A stretch of 64,000 nt of DNA from an uncultured Methylomirabilota bacterium. Its GTDB lineage: Bacteria > Methylomirabilota > Methylomirabilia > Methylomirabilales > 2-02-FULL-66-22. A model generated the notes under the pieces. That model made no database searches, was not told where the DNA came from, and saw only the letters and a program-made list of their open reading frames with translations. Location of the stretch: contig OY970067.1 of the NCBI GenBank assembly GCA_963705305.1, positions 3,648,001 through 3,712,000 of the forward strand, read 5' to 3'. Shown here piece after piece: positions 9,394 through 19,043 of the stretch; the first letter of the stretch is position 1, and each line of letters begins with the position of its first letter. The translations under genes and the position numbers were made by a program.

Positions 9394-9918
9394 CTACCGC
9401 ACGTACACCGCCAGCTGGAGCTGCCCCTGGAGGGTCGGCGCTCCCGGCGGCTCTGCGAGCGACAGCCGCTCGATCACCAGGTAGCGGCGCATCCCTTCCA
9501 GCTCGTAGAGGAAGCGCCGGATCTTGTCGTACGTTCCATCCACGCCCATGACCAGCGTCACCTTGGTGAGCTCGACATCCTTGATCTCGGAAGGATGATA
9601 CGTGACCACCGGGATCTGCAGGGCCAGCGAGCGGGCCAGCTTCGTGACCCGATCGATGATCTCCACCAGATCGCCGCGGACAGGGTATCCCTGCGTGAAC
9701 TCCTCGACCTCACGAAAGGAGGTCAGCAGTGTTTCGCTGGCGGTTCCGTCCGTCCGCACCGCCCGCACCCGGCGCTGGAGATCGAGGAGCTGCTCCTCCT
9801 GGTGCTGCTGCTCCGCGCGCAGGGGCATGAGCAGCAGGAAGAAGACCAGCGCGTTGATCGCCACCAATATCAGAGCGATCCACCAGAGCCGGCGCTGCCG
9901 GCCGCTGCCGCCGCTCAT
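9394..9918 (-). CDS. PilO/GspM-like inner membrane protein
   Basis: From ATG 9918: TM segment, coiled coil, 'GTYDKIRRFLYELEGMRRYLVIERLSL'. Confidence 0.85.
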   Translation of the reverse strand: MSGGSGRQRRLWWIALILVAINALVFFLLLMPLRAEQQHQEEQLLDLQRRVRAVRTDGTASETLLTSFREVEEFTQGYPVRGDLVEIIDRVTKLARSLALQIPVVTYHPSEIKDVELTKVTLVMGVDGTYDKIRRFLYELEGMRRYLVIERLSLAEPPGAPTLQGQLQLAVYVR

Positions 9919-10487
9919 TGCGATGCCCCCTGGCATTCCAGTCGCACCGAGAAATCGAGACTCTCGGCTCCGCCGGATGGCGACTTCCGCCACGCCTGGC
10001 GCAGCAGATAGACGTTGTGAAAGGCCGGACGCTGCTCCAGGGCGCGGAGCAAGCGCCCCAGGTCGTCGAACGAGCGCGCCGTTCCCTGCAAGACCACCTC
10101 TCGGCTGGCAAGATCCGGCCGGATCTCGCTGAGGTGGACGGCCGGCGGGACCGAGTGCTCCAGCTCGAGCAGCAGGCCCGTCCACGAGAACGACACCGCC
10201 TCCAGGATCTGGTTGTAGGTCGCGACCTTGGTCCGATAGCGTTTGATTGCCTCGTCGGGCAAACCCTCCCGGATGATTTGCAGCGACTCCTGGTGCCGGC
10301 GGAATTCCGCCTCCATCTTCTCGAACCGGCCCTGGGTGAGCTGGGTGGCCTGGTGAAGGTGACGCCACAGCGCGAGCTGGCCCAGAAGGAGCACGACCAG
10401 GAGGGCTACCAGCCCGCCGGCCAGGAGGCTCATCCGGCGGCTGCGACGATAATCGGCCGTTGTCAGGTTGAAGCCCGAGATCAACAT
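9915..10487 (-). CDS. PilN-domain protein
   Basis: 'FNL' start, TM segment, coiled coil, 'SWTGLLLELEHSVPPAVHLSEI...LQGTARS...FHNVYL'. Confidence 0.85.
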   Translation of the reverse strand: MLISGFNLTTADYRRSRRMSLLAGGLVALLVVLLLGQLALWRHLHQATQLTQGRFEKMEAEFRRHQESLQIIREGLPDEAIKRYRTKVATYNQILEAVSFSWTGLLLELEHSVPPAVHLSEIRPDLASREVVLQGTARSFDDLGRLLRALEQRPAFHNVYLLRQAWRKSPSGGAESLDFSVRLECQGASQ

Positions 10488-11359
10488 AATCGTGCCGCCG
10501 CCCCCAGGGGCGCCTCCCAGGCCGCCCCGGCCTTTCCATCCAGGCTCTGGACCGGGACCTCCAGCCACTCGCCCAGTGCCCTGGCGATCCCATCGGTGAA
10601 GCCGCCCCAGCCCTCCAAGAACAGTCCGCGCAGCCCCGCGGCGCCTTCCGCGTCGCGGCAGTAGGCGAGGGAATCCGCCACCTCCCGGAGCAGGGGGGCA
10701 CGCCGATCCTCCTCCCAATCGGCCGCTCCCGCCGTCAGCGTTCGCCAGAAACGCGGGCGGCCCTCGTGGAAGAGCAGGAGGGTGGTGTAGCGGCCGCTGG
10801 CCGAGAGCAAGCCCGTCGCGCCTGCGTCGAACTGCTCGGGCTTGGCGCAGGCCACACACACGCTGTGGGCGTCAAGGACGGCCGCACGCAGCCCCGCGGC
10901 CGCCAGCGCGTCTTCGTACTCCTGAAGGATGCGGTCCTGCGCCATCAGGCACGGCACCCGCAGTCGTCCATCGGGGGCCCGACCTGGCGAAAGGAAGTCC
11001 AGACGGAGCTCCTCCGTCGGAACGGGAAGCAGATCGCGAGCCTGCCATCGCAGGAACCGGCGGGCCTCATCCCGGGCCGGCGGCAGCTCGTCTGTTTCGA
11101 TCGTCCGCAGGCTGAAGACCGCGTCTGGCAATGCCACCCGAACCCACCCCCGGCAGCCGACCTGCCGGCAGACATTGCTGAGGAGCGATCCCAGGGCGGC
11201 GGAATTTGTGATATTTGACTGCTTCAGCGACGGTCGGATGAGCCCGGCAGGTACCGGCGCCTCCGCCCGCCGGTCCACACGCGTGCTTCCGCGCCGCCGC
11301 CGGGCCCGGCAGACTCGCACCATATCGGTTGTGATCTCCAGCCCCCAGGCCATGGGCAT
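10481..11359 (-). CDS. PilM-like cytoplasmic assembly protein
   Basis: 'WGLEIT', 'VALPD', 'RWQARDLLP...LRLDF', actin-like C-terminal 'APLGAA', and operon position. Confidence 0.8.
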   Translation of the reverse strand: MPMAWGLEITTDMVRVCRARRRRGSTRVDRRAEAPVPAGLIRPSLKQSNITNSAALGSLLSNVCRQVGCRGWVRVALPDAVFSLRTIETDELPPARDEARRFLRWQARDLLPVPTEELRLDFLSPGRAPDGRLRVPCLMAQDRILQEYEDALAAAGLRAAVLDAHSVCVACAKPEQFDAGATGLLSASGRYTTLLLFHEGRPRFWRTLTAGAADWEEDRRAPLLREVADSLAYCRDAEGAAGLRGLFLEGWGGFTDGIARALGEWLEVPVQSLDGKAGAAWEAPLGAAARLC

Positions 11360-11364
11360 TCCCA

Positions 11365-11453
11365 AATTTCAAGCCGACACCCGACAACCGAGCAATGCTA
11401 AACGGGGAACCATTGGTCGGTTTTGCATTGTCCGTTGTCGGTTTTGCATTGAG
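11365..11453. repeat. AACCGAC/AATGCAAAACCGAC heptamer-based palindromic element
   Basis: CCGACA units followed by inverted GTCGGTTTTGCATTG units. Related elements at 13207, 29779 and 54080. Confidence 0.7.
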
Positions 11454-11469
11454 CCCCGATGGGGGGCGG

Positions 11470-13176
11470 TCACTCGGCGAAGGTGACCCGGTTGATCTCC
11501 GTCAGGGTGGTGATCCCCGCCCGGGCCCTGGCCAAGGCGGCCTCTCGAAGCGACACCGTCCCGCCTGCCTGGGCCGCCGCCCGGATGTCTCCGGCGGGAC
11601 GCCGCTCCAGGATCAGGCTGCGGATGGCGTCGGTTATCTCCACCAGTTCGGCGATCGCCGTCCGCCCCCGGAAGCCGGATCCCTCGCATTCCTCGCAGCC
11701 GACCGGCTCGAAGTATGTGTACGCCGCTTCCGCGGCGGGATCCAGCCCCGACTCGTCCAGGACCTCGAGGGGCGGCTGCGAGGGCTTTCGGCAAGAGAGG
11801 CAAAGCACCCGCACCAGCCGCTGGGTCAGGATGCAATTCAAGGACGAGAGAAAGTGGTATGGCTCCAGCCCCATGTTCAGGAAGCGCCCCAGCACGTCCA
11901 TGACGTTGTTGGCGTGCACCGTGGTGAACACGAGGTGGCCGGTCAGGGCGGATTGGACGGCGATCTGCGCGGTTTCGGGATCCCGGATTTCGCCCACCAG
12001 GATCTTGTCGGGATCGTGGCGCAGGATGCTCCGCAGGCCGCGCGCGAAGGTGAGGCCCTTCTTCTCGTTCACCGGGATCTGCACCACGTTCCGCAGCTGG
12101 TACTCGATGGGATCCTCGATGGTGATGATCTTGTCGGCCCCCGTATGGATCTCGGAGATGGCGGCGTACAAGGTGGTCGTCTTGCCGGACCCGGTCGGCC
12201 CCGTCACCAGGACCATCCCGTGCGGGCGGTGGATCTGGCGGCGCAGCCGGCGCAGGTCCTCCTCGCCGATTCCCAGGATGTCCAGGCGGAGGTCGGCCAG
12301 CTCCTTGGTGATGGCCTCTTTGTCCAGGATGCGGATCACGACCGCCTCGCCGAAGTTGCTGGGCAGGATGGATACCCGGAAGTCAATGGAGCGGCCGTGC
12401 GCCTTCAGCTTGAACCGCCCGTCCTGGGGGATGCGGTGCTCGGCGATGTCCAGCTCGGCCATGATCTTGATCCGGGAGACGATGGTATCCTGGTGCCGCC
12501 GATCGATGGGCTCTATCGCCGGCACCAGCATGCCGTCCACGCGGTATTTCACCAGGACGTGTTTCTCGCTGGCCTCGATGTGTACGTCGCTGGCCCGACG
12601 CTCCATGGCGTTCATGAGGATGGTGTCCACCAGGCGGATGGTGGGACTGGCGTCGGCGCCCTGCGTTGAGCCCAGCGAGATGACCCCTTCCTCCTCGCCG
12701 GCTTCGGCCAGCTTGAAATCCTCGGTGATGGCTTGGAGCACCCGCTGGGAGTCGTCGGCCCGGCTCAGTCGCTCCAGGACCGCCGAGCGGGGTGCCAGGA
12801 CCAGCTCCACCGGTCCGCCGTGCCATTGGCACAGGTCGTCACGGAGCAGGATGTTCCCCGGATCGGCTACCGCCACCACCAGACGGTCGCCATCGTGGCG
12901 GAGGGGAATGAAGAGATCGCGCTGCATCCGCTCCAGGGGGAAGTGGTTGAGAATGCCGGGCTCGAAGATCGTGCTGGCGAGGTCCACCACCGGCAACCCG
13001 TGCAGGCGGCCCAGGGTCCCGACGAGAGCGGTCTCGTCCAGCAGACCGATATCCACCAGATGCCAGCCCAGGCCGCCCCGCACGCCATTGCGCTGTGCCA
13101 GGGCCGCGTCCAGCTCTGCGCGGGACAGCAGGCCCTCCTCGAGCAGCAGCTCTTCCAGCGTGCGATACGATCTCAT
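11470..13176 (-). CDS. gspE: GspE/PilB secretion ATPase
   Basis: ASDVHIE, PQDGRF, Walker A GPTGSGKTT, TIEDPIEY, LRHDPDKILVGEIRD, TGHLVFTTVH, and CxxC zinc sites. Confidence 0.95.
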   Translation of the reverse strand: MRSYRTLEELLLEEGLLSRAELDAALAQRNGVRGGLGWHLVDIGLLDETALVGTLGRLHGLPVVDLASTIFEPGILNHFPLERMQRDLFIPLRHDGDRLVVAVADPGNILLRDDLCQWHGGPVELVLAPRSAVLERLSRADDSQRVLQAITEDFKLAEAGEEEGVISLGSTQGADASPTIRLVDTILMNAMERRASDVHIEASEKHVLVKYRVDGMLVPAIEPIDRRHQDTIVSRIKIMAELDIAEHRIPQDGRFKLKAHGRSIDFRVSILPSNFGEAVVIRILDKEAITKELADLRLDILGIGEEDLRRLRRQIHRPHGMVLVTGPTGSGKTTTLYAAISEIHTGADKIITIEDPIEYQLRNVVQIPVNEKKGLTFARGLRSILRHDPDKILVGEIRDPETAQIAVQSALTGHLVFTTVHANNVMDVLGRFLNMGLEPYHFLSSLNCILTQRLVRVLCLSCRKPSQPPLEVLDESGLDPAAEAAYTYFEPVGCEECEGSGFRGRTAIAELVEITDAIRSLILERRPAGDIRAAAQAGGTVSLREAALARARAGITTLTEINRVTFAE

Positions 13177-13206
13177 GCGGCCTCTCGCCCCCGCGATCAG
13201 GAGCGT

Positions 13207-13288
13207 CTCAATGCAAAACCGACAAATGACTCCCGATCAACCCTTGCTCTTACTGGTCGGTTTTCCATTCTCGGTTGTCCGCTTGGAA
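13207..13288. repeat. heptamer-based palindromic element
   Basis: CTCAATGCAAAACCGACAA followed by GGTCGGTTTTCCATTCTCGGTTGTCCG. Confidence 0.7.
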
Positions 13289-13309
13289 TTCCTCCCTGCC
13301 GGTCAATTG

Positions 13310-14524
13310 CTACCGCACCACACCGGCCAGGTGGAAGATCGGTAGGTACATGATTACGACAATCACGGCCACGATCGCCCCCATGACGATCATGATGGCG
13401 GGCTCGATGGCCGCCGCCAGGGTCGCCAGCCGGGTGTCCATCTCGGTATCGTACAGGTCCGCCGCGTGGCCCAGCATCTCCACGAGGGATCCGCTCTTCT
13501 CGCCCACGGCCAGCAGCTCGAGCATCATGGGAGGGACGACCCCGGTTTGCTCCAGCGCATCCGCCAGGCTTTTGCCACCCGCGACGCCCGGGAGGGCCGT
13601 CCGGAGGGCCGCGGTCAGATACGCATTCCCCATGGTTCCCAGGGTCGTCTCGAGCGATGGGATCATGGGGATTCCGCCCGCCAGCATCATGGCCAGGGTG
13701 CGGGCAAAGCGGGAAAAAAGATATCCCCGCGTCAGGCTGCCCACCCACGGGAGGTACAGCGTCCAGCGATCGGTCAGATGCCGGCCGTGGGGCGTCGCCC
13801 GCCAGCGCCATGCCGCCACACCGAGACCCACCGCGCCCGCCAGGACCAGCGGGAAGGCTGCCTGCAGCCGGTGGGTCAGGGAGATCAGCACCCGGGTGGC
13901 AACCGGGAGCTGGGCCTCCATGTCCCCGTAAATCTTCGTGAATGAAGGGACGACAAATGTCAACAGGAACAGCACCACCGCGGTAGAGGCGACGCACAGG
14001 ATCGCCGGATAGGTCAGGGCGCCGCGAAAGCGCTGGCGGATGGCCAGGGTCCGCTTCTGGTACTCCACGTATCGGCCCAGGGCCTCCATGAAGTTTCCGC
14101 TCTGCTCGCCGGCGCGGAGGGCCGCGGCGTACAAGGGGGAGAAGACCCTGGGGTGTCGGGCCAGGGCCGCCGAGAGGGCGGCGCCGCCGGTTACGGCCTG
14201 GCGCACCTCCTCCAGCAGGGCCTGCAGGCGGACCTGCTGCGTCCGGTTCTGCAAGAGTTCCAGCGCGGTGAGGATGGGGAGGCCGGCCTTCACCAGCGCC
14301 AGCAGCTCTTGGTTGAACACGAGGAGAGCGCGGGTGCTGACCCGATCCAGAGCGGGGAGCGATCGGCGCCACCGGCCCCGCGGATCCGAGCGGCCTCTGG
14401 TCTCGAAGACGAAAAGCCCCTGGGCCTCCAGGCTCCGCCTGGCCGCCTCGGCGCTTTCGCCCTGGGCCTCCATGGTGCGGACGGTTCCCCTCGGAGTCCC
14501 GATCTTGAAGGAGAATCGTGCCAT
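13310..14524 (-). CDS. gspF: GspF/PilC inner membrane platform protein
   Basis: 'LVKAGLPI', 'AGEQSG', 'ALTYP', 'VGEKSGSL', 'IEPAIMIVMG...MYLPIF'. Confidence 0.95.
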   Translation of the reverse strand: MARFSFKIGTPRGTVRTMEAQGESAEAARRSLEAQGLFVFETRGRSDPRGRWRRSLPALDRVSTRALLVFNQELLALVKAGLPILTALELLQNRTQQVRLQALLEEVRQAVTGGAALSAALARHPRVFSPLYAAALRAGEQSGNFMEALGRYVEYQKRTLAIRQRFRGALTYPAILCVASTAVVLFLLTFVVPSFTKIYGDMEAQLPVATRVLISLTHRLQAAFPLVLAGAVGLGVAAWRWRATPHGRHLTDRWTLYLPWVGSLTRGYLFSRFARTLAMMLAGGIPMIPSLETTLGTMGNAYLTAALRTALPGVAGGKSLADALEQTGVVPPMMLELLAVGEKSGSLVEMLGHAADLYDTEMDTRLATLAAAIEPAIMIVMGAIVAVIVVIMYLPIFHLAGVVR

Positions 14525-14638
14525 GTGTCCTCGCCGAAAACTCTCTGACAGGTCAAAATTGTATAAAAATCATCCATCCAAGGGCAAGCGAATAAATCGG
14601 CCTCGTGCGAAGGATGGCGAAGGCGATTGACTTCGCCC

Positions 14639-14666
14639 TTGACTCTATTCCTTGAGGCTTTATGAT
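14639..14666 (+). promoter_or_regulatory. putative sigma70 promoter for ctaA-ctaB
   Basis: TTGACT-N16-TATGAT. A divergent TTGCCC-N18-TACAAT (14587-14558, minus strand) precedes gspF. Confidence 0.5.
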
Positions 14667-14931
14667 GCGGCCAAGCAGTGATTTTTCGTCGCTCCGTCAA
14701 CGATTTCCCTGCATCAGGTCCACGACCAAGAATCCGATGTCTGGCTTCGACATGCTGGTCTGAACGCCGGTCCGTCCACCCGGTAGGCCTGGGGACGCGC
14801 CGCGTCCGCGCGGAAAATCGGGTCGAGAGTGACAGCCTGTTTTCGCGAGAAAAGGATACCGACCCGGGGATCTATTCGTGGTGCATCGCCAGGCCTGGTG
14901 ATACGGGATAGACAACACGCAGGAGGGCACC

Positions 14932-15891
14932 ATGCGAACGCAGGATATTCCAAAGCCAGATGGCCGGCACGGCGGTAGCGCCTGGCCGCATCGGCTGGCC
15001 CTGTTGACCGCCGGGGCGACGTTCCTGTTGATCCTGGCGGGCGGAGTGGTCACCAGCACGAACTCGGGGATGGCGGTCCCGGACTGGCCGACGACATTCG
15101 GCTACGACATGTTCCTCTTCCCCTGGTCGAAAATGGTCGGAGGAATCCTGTACGAGCACAGCCATCGGCTGATCGGCTCCCTGGTCGGATTGTGCACCCT
15201 GGCACTGGCCCTGGCGCTCTGGACCGGCGACTCCCGCCGGTGGCTGCGCTGGCTGGGGGTGGCGGCGGCCCTCGCCGTGATCCTGCAAGGGGTGCTGGGC
15301 GGGCTGCGCGTGGTCCTGGCGGACGAGCAGCTGGCCATTGTTCACGGCGTCATTGCCTATGCCTTCTTTGCCTTCGTGGGGAGCCTGGCGCTCTTCACGT
15401 CCCGCGCCTGGAAAGATGCCGCTCTTCGCCCGGCGCCGGTGGACCTCGGCCCCCTGCGGCGCCTGTCGCTGTGGCTGACCGTGGTCCTCTTCCTCCAGAT
15501 CGTGGCCGGGGCGTTCCTGACTCACGTCGGCCGCGGCCTGGGCGCGCACCTGTTTCTGGCCGCCCTCGTCTCGGTGGGCCTGCCGCTGTTGGCCTGGCGC
15601 ATCCTGGTACATCGCGCCGACTGGCCGCAGCTGGCCGCTCCCGCCGCCCTGTTGCGGAACCTGTGGATCCTTCAACTGATCCTGGGGGCCTGCGCGTATG
15701 CAGCCATGATGGGGGCCCTGGGGGGCTCGCAGAGCCCGGTCTTGACGATCGGCTTCCCCGTGGCCCACCGTCTGGTGGCGGCGCTGATGCTGGCCACGGG
15801 CCTGACCCTGGTCCTGTGGACGTATCGGCTGGGTCCTGAAGGCGAGCAGGCGCTGGGCCGGCAGGCATCCTCACGCGGGGTTCCGGCATGA
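14932..15891 (+). CDS. ctaA: heme A synthase (COX15/CtaA)
   Basis: 'GGVVTSTNSGMAVPDWP', 'YEHSHRL', 'QGVLGGLRV', 'VHG', 'AHR'; polytopic membrane protein. Confidence 0.9.
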   Translation: MRTQDIPKPDGRHGGSAWPHRLALLTAGATFLLILAGGVVTSTNSGMAVPDWPTTFGYDMFLFPWSKMVGGILYEHSHRLIGSLVGLCTLALALALWTGDSRRWLRWLGVAAALAVILQGVLGGLRVVLADEQLAIVHGVIAYAFFAFVGSLALFTSRAWKDAALRPAPVDLGPLRRLSLWLTVVLFLQIVAGAFLTHVGRGLGAHLFLAALVSVGLPLLAWRILVHRADWPQLAAPAALLRNLWILQLILGACAYAAMMGALGGSQSPVLTIGFPVAHRLVAALMLATGLTLVLWTYRLGPEGEQALGRQASSRGVPA

Positions 15892-16796
15892 TGATTCCCC
15901 GCGCGGCGGTGGTCGAGGGCCCGCGGGTGCGGGTTCAGCGGCGGTCGGCCGACTTCGTCATGCTGACCAAGCCGAGGGTGGTGCTGATGGTGCTCGTCAC
16001 CACCTTCGTGGGGTTTCACCTGGGCTCCCTCGGCGCCCCCGATCCGCTGCGGCTGCTGAGCGTGCTGCTGGGGACGGCGCTGGCGGCGGGAGGGACCCTG
16101 GCGCTGAACCAGTTCCTGGAGCGAGACCTGGACGCCAAGATGGAGCGGACGCGGCGCCGCCCCCTCCCCGACGGCCGTCTGCAGCCGCGAGAGGCGCTGG
16201 TCTTCGGGGTGGTGCTGGTGTCTGCCGGCCTACTGTACCTCACGCTGGCCGTCAATCGCGTGAGCGGCCTCGTGACCGCCGCCACGGCCGTCAGCTATCT
16301 CTTTGGCTATACGCCACTCAAGCGCCGCTCATCCCTGTGCACGCTGCTGGGGGCCGTCCCGGGCGCCTTGCCGCCGGTGACGGGGTGGGTGGCGGCACGG
16401 GGAGAGTTCGGGGCCGGCGCCTGGGTGCTCTTCGGCATCCTCTTCCTCTGGCAGCTTCCCCACAGCCTGGCCATCGCCAGCATTTACCGGAACGACTACG
16501 CCCGCGCCGGGATCTGCCTTCTCCCCGTGATCGATCCGGACGGCGGCAGCACCGGCCGCCAGATGGTGATGAACGCCATGGCGCTCCTGCCCGTGGGACT
16601 GCTCCCCACGTTCGTCGGGATCGCGGGGCGAGCCTATTTCCTGGGGGCGCTGGCCCTGGGGGTCCTCCTGCTGGCGTGCACGATCAGCACGGCCTGGCAG
16701 GGGACGGCGGCGGGTGCGCGCCGCCTCATGTTCGTCACCCTGGTCTACCTTCCTGCCCTCTTCGCCCTCATGGCGCTGGACAAGATCAGCTTCTAG
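15888..16796 (+). CDS. ctaB: protoheme IX farnesyltransferase (heme O synthase)
   Basis: 'LTKPRV', 'ERDLDAKMERTRRRPLP', 'YTPLKR', 'GAVPGALPP', 'WQLPH...YRNDY'. Confidence 0.95.
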   Translation: MMIPRAAVVEGPRVRVQRRSADFVMLTKPRVVLMVLVTTFVGFHLGSLGAPDPLRLLSVLLGTALAAGGTLALNQFLERDLDAKMERTRRRPLPDGRLQPREALVFGVVLVSAGLLYLTLAVNRVSGLVTAATAVSYLFGYTPLKRRSSLCTLLGAVPGALPPVTGWVAARGEFGAGAWVLFGILFLWQLPHSLAIASIYRNDYARAGICLLPVIDPDGGSTGRQMVMNAMALLPVGLLPTFVGIAGRAYFLGALALGVLLLACTISTAWQGTAAGARRLMFVTLVYLPALFALMALDKISF

Positions 16797-16824
16797 TTGC
16801 CGCGTTGGGAGTGTGGTACGCCGT

Positions 16825-18288
16825 TCACGCGGGGCGCAGGGCGGGCGTCTGGCCCTCGGCCGCTCCCGTCGCGCGGACCGGGACGGCGTACGGACCTTCG
16901 GGGATGAAAGCAACGCTGGGGGTGGCACCCCTCCAGCGGGGATGGTGCACGGCATACACCAGGGCGTTCTGGACCATGGCCCGCGCCCGCTCCGCATCCT
17001 CGTCGGGTGGATCGTCGGGGAGGTAATCCCAGCCCATCCGGCCGGGAACGAGCTGGTGAGCGGCGCGCGAGAGGCGCGCCGAGCAGTACACCAAGCCCTC
17101 CTCGCCGACTTTTGCCAATACCTTTCCCCACATCTGCGGCTCCCACTGGTCCTTGGTAAACCGCCAGGATGGGTTGAGGAGGGTTGCGAGGTACCGGTCA
17201 TGCCCCTGGAGCTTGAGGAGATGCAGGAGCGTCTTGTACTCGGCAGGTCCGATGGGGTCCTCGTCTCGCTCGCAGGCGGCCAGGACGATGCATCCGCCGT
17301 TGGCCACGACGGGCAGGGCGTTCACCGCCGCCTTGGCGTTCTGGTAGTGGTTGATCCCGACATACCCGCCGTGGGTCAGCACGATGTCGTATTCGCGCTC
17401 CACCGGGATGGTGACAACCCTCCGGAGCAGCTCGACGGCCTTGGCGTGGGCCTGGAGAAGGTCGCCGGAAAAGACGTCGATCAGTTGCAGGCGGCGGTCC
17501 AGCACTGTGTTGATGATGAAATCCGCGCCCACCTTCGTGGCGATCTCGACGGCTTTCTCATGGCAGGGGTTCCCTTCCAGAACGAGGTTGGTGGCTCGGG
17601 GGGAATCCAGGAACCGGACGCTGTGGAACTTCTCGATGGTCTTCCGGCTGACCAGCGCGGGGCAGATGGCCTTGCGTCCTCCGGAGGCGCCCGCCATGAA
17701 ATGGCTTTCCACCAACGCGGTGGCGATCTTGACGTCCGCCTCGTAGTAGGCCCGGTTGATGAGAATCGCGGTCCCGGTCGTGGTTGTGCCGATATCCACC
17801 AAGCCCGCCTGGTCGTCGCACGCGTGATCCAGGATCGTGTACTGCGCCACCACATCTTTGCCGAACATGGCGACCTTTTCGTCCCGGGTGCTCGCCCGAT
17901 GGGTCCCCGTCCCCACCAGCAGGGTGATCTTGTCGCGGCGGATCCCCGCCAGGAGGAGCAGCTCCAGCAGGGGGGGCAGGATCCCTGATTCTCCTTTATA
18001 CGGCACGGGCCGGGTGATGTCGGACGTGGTGATGCAGACGGTCAGATCGCCGGCCGGCTTCCCCTTGCCGCGTAGAATCTCGGGCAATTGCTTGCAACCG
18101 ATGGGCTGTTGGATGGATCGGCGGATGGCCCCGCGCGGATCCCTCAGAGGCGGGACCTCGGTCATCTGCAGCACACTGCACTCGGCCGGCACACGGATCG
18201 GCAGGGACTGATCGGCGTACTCGACCGCCACGGTCTTCCAGCCCGCCATGTCGGCACCCTGTATGATCCGTGCCACGTCACTGTTCAT
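16825..18288 (-). CDS. larA: LarA-family nickel-pincer-dependent hydroxy-acid racemase/epimerase
   Basis: 'SDITRPVP', 'GTGTHR', 'DHAC', 'HFMAGASGGRKAICP', 'NHYQNAKA'. Substrate unknown. Confidence 0.85.
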   Translation of the reverse strand: MNSDVARIIQGADMAGWKTVAVEYADQSLPIRVPAECSVLQMTEVPPLRDPRGAIRRSIQQPIGCKQLPEILRGKGKPAGDLTVCITTSDITRPVPYKGESGILPPLLELLLLAGIRRDKITLLVGTGTHRASTRDEKVAMFGKDVVAQYTILDHACDDQAGLVDIGTTTTGTAILINRAYYEADVKIATALVESHFMAGASGGRKAICPALVSRKTIEKFHSVRFLDSPRATNLVLEGNPCHEKAVEIATKVGADFIINTVLDRRLQLIDVFSGDLLQAHAKAVELLRRVVTIPVEREYDIVLTHGGYVGINHYQNAKAAVNALPVVANGGCIVLAACERDEDPIGPAEYKTLLHLLKLQGHDRYLATLLNPSWRFTKDQWEPQMWGKVLAKVGEEGLVYCSARLSRAAHQLVPGRMGWDYLPDDPPDEDAERARAMVQNALVYAVHHPRWRGATPSVAFIPEGPYAVPVRATGAAEGQTPALRPA

Positions 18289-18338
18289 GATGGGCTCCTC
18301 TTCTTGCCCAGCCCTGAAGTTCCGGTGGGGCGTCCGAC

Positions 18339-19043
18339 CTACATTCCCAGGTACGCTTTACGGACCAAGTCGGACTTCAAGAGGTCCTTACCCTTGCCGT
18401 CCAGGACGATGCGGCCGGTCTGGAGGACATAGGCCCGATCCGAGATGTCCAGGGCCTCGTAGACGTTCTGCTCGACCAGGAAGACGGTGACCCCCCTCCG
18501 GCTGATCTCGTGGATCGTCTTGAAGATCTCCGACACCAGCTTCGGCATAATCCCGAGCGACGGCTCGTCCAGCATGAGCAAGGCCGGCCGCGACATCAAG
18601 CCGCGGCCGATAGCCAGCTGCTGCTGTTCGCCGCCGCTCAACGTGTCCGCCCGTTGCCCCTTGCGCTCGCCCAGGCGCGGGAAGAGGGCCAGGACACTCT
18701 CCAGCGATTGGCTGGTCTCCTCCTTCGAGTCCAGGGCGTAGGCCCCCAGCAGGAGATTGTCCAGGACCGAGAGCCGCCCGAAGAGCTGCCGACCCTCCGG
18801 AACCATGGCGATTTTCTTTCGAACGATTTCATAGGGGGGAACGACGTGGATGGGCTCGCCATTGAACAGAATTTCGCCTCTGCGGGGTCGAAGCAGCCCG
18901 GCAATGGTCCTGAGGATCGTGCTCTTCCCCGCCCCGTTCGAGCCCACGAGGCTGACGACTTCTCCCTGCTGTATGGTGAAAGAGACATCGTGGACGGCCA
19001 GCAGCTCTTTGTAGCCTACCGAGAGCTCCTTAACTTGCAGCAT
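18339..19043 (-). CDS. livF: HAAT (Liv-type) ABC transporter ATP-binding protein
   Basis: GSNGAGKS, VPEGRQLF, LSGGEQQ, LDEPSLG, VEQN. Confidence 0.93.
   Translation of the reverse strand: MLQVKELSVGYKELLAVHDVSFTIQQGEVVSLVGSNGAGKSTILRTIAGLLRPRRGEILFNGEPIHVVPPYEIVRKKIAMVPEGRQLFGRLSVLDNLLLGAYALDSKEETSQSLESVLALFPRLGERKGQRADTLSGGEQQQLAIGRGLMSRPALLMLDEPSLGIMPKLVSEIFKTIHEISRRGVTVFLVEQNVYEALDISDRAYVLQTGRIVLDGKGKDLLKSDLVRKAYLGM

Noticed and set aside
9394..10701. 435-aa ORF as a single protein
   Set aside because: Only the part from ATG 9918 is PilO-like; the upstream part overlaps the PilN- and PilM-like genes in other frames.
6579..13345. Long plus-strand ORFs (6579..8711, 11395..12669, 11459..13345)
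   Set aside because: Antisense shadows of the secretin and gspE genes, typical of high-GC DNA, with no motifs.
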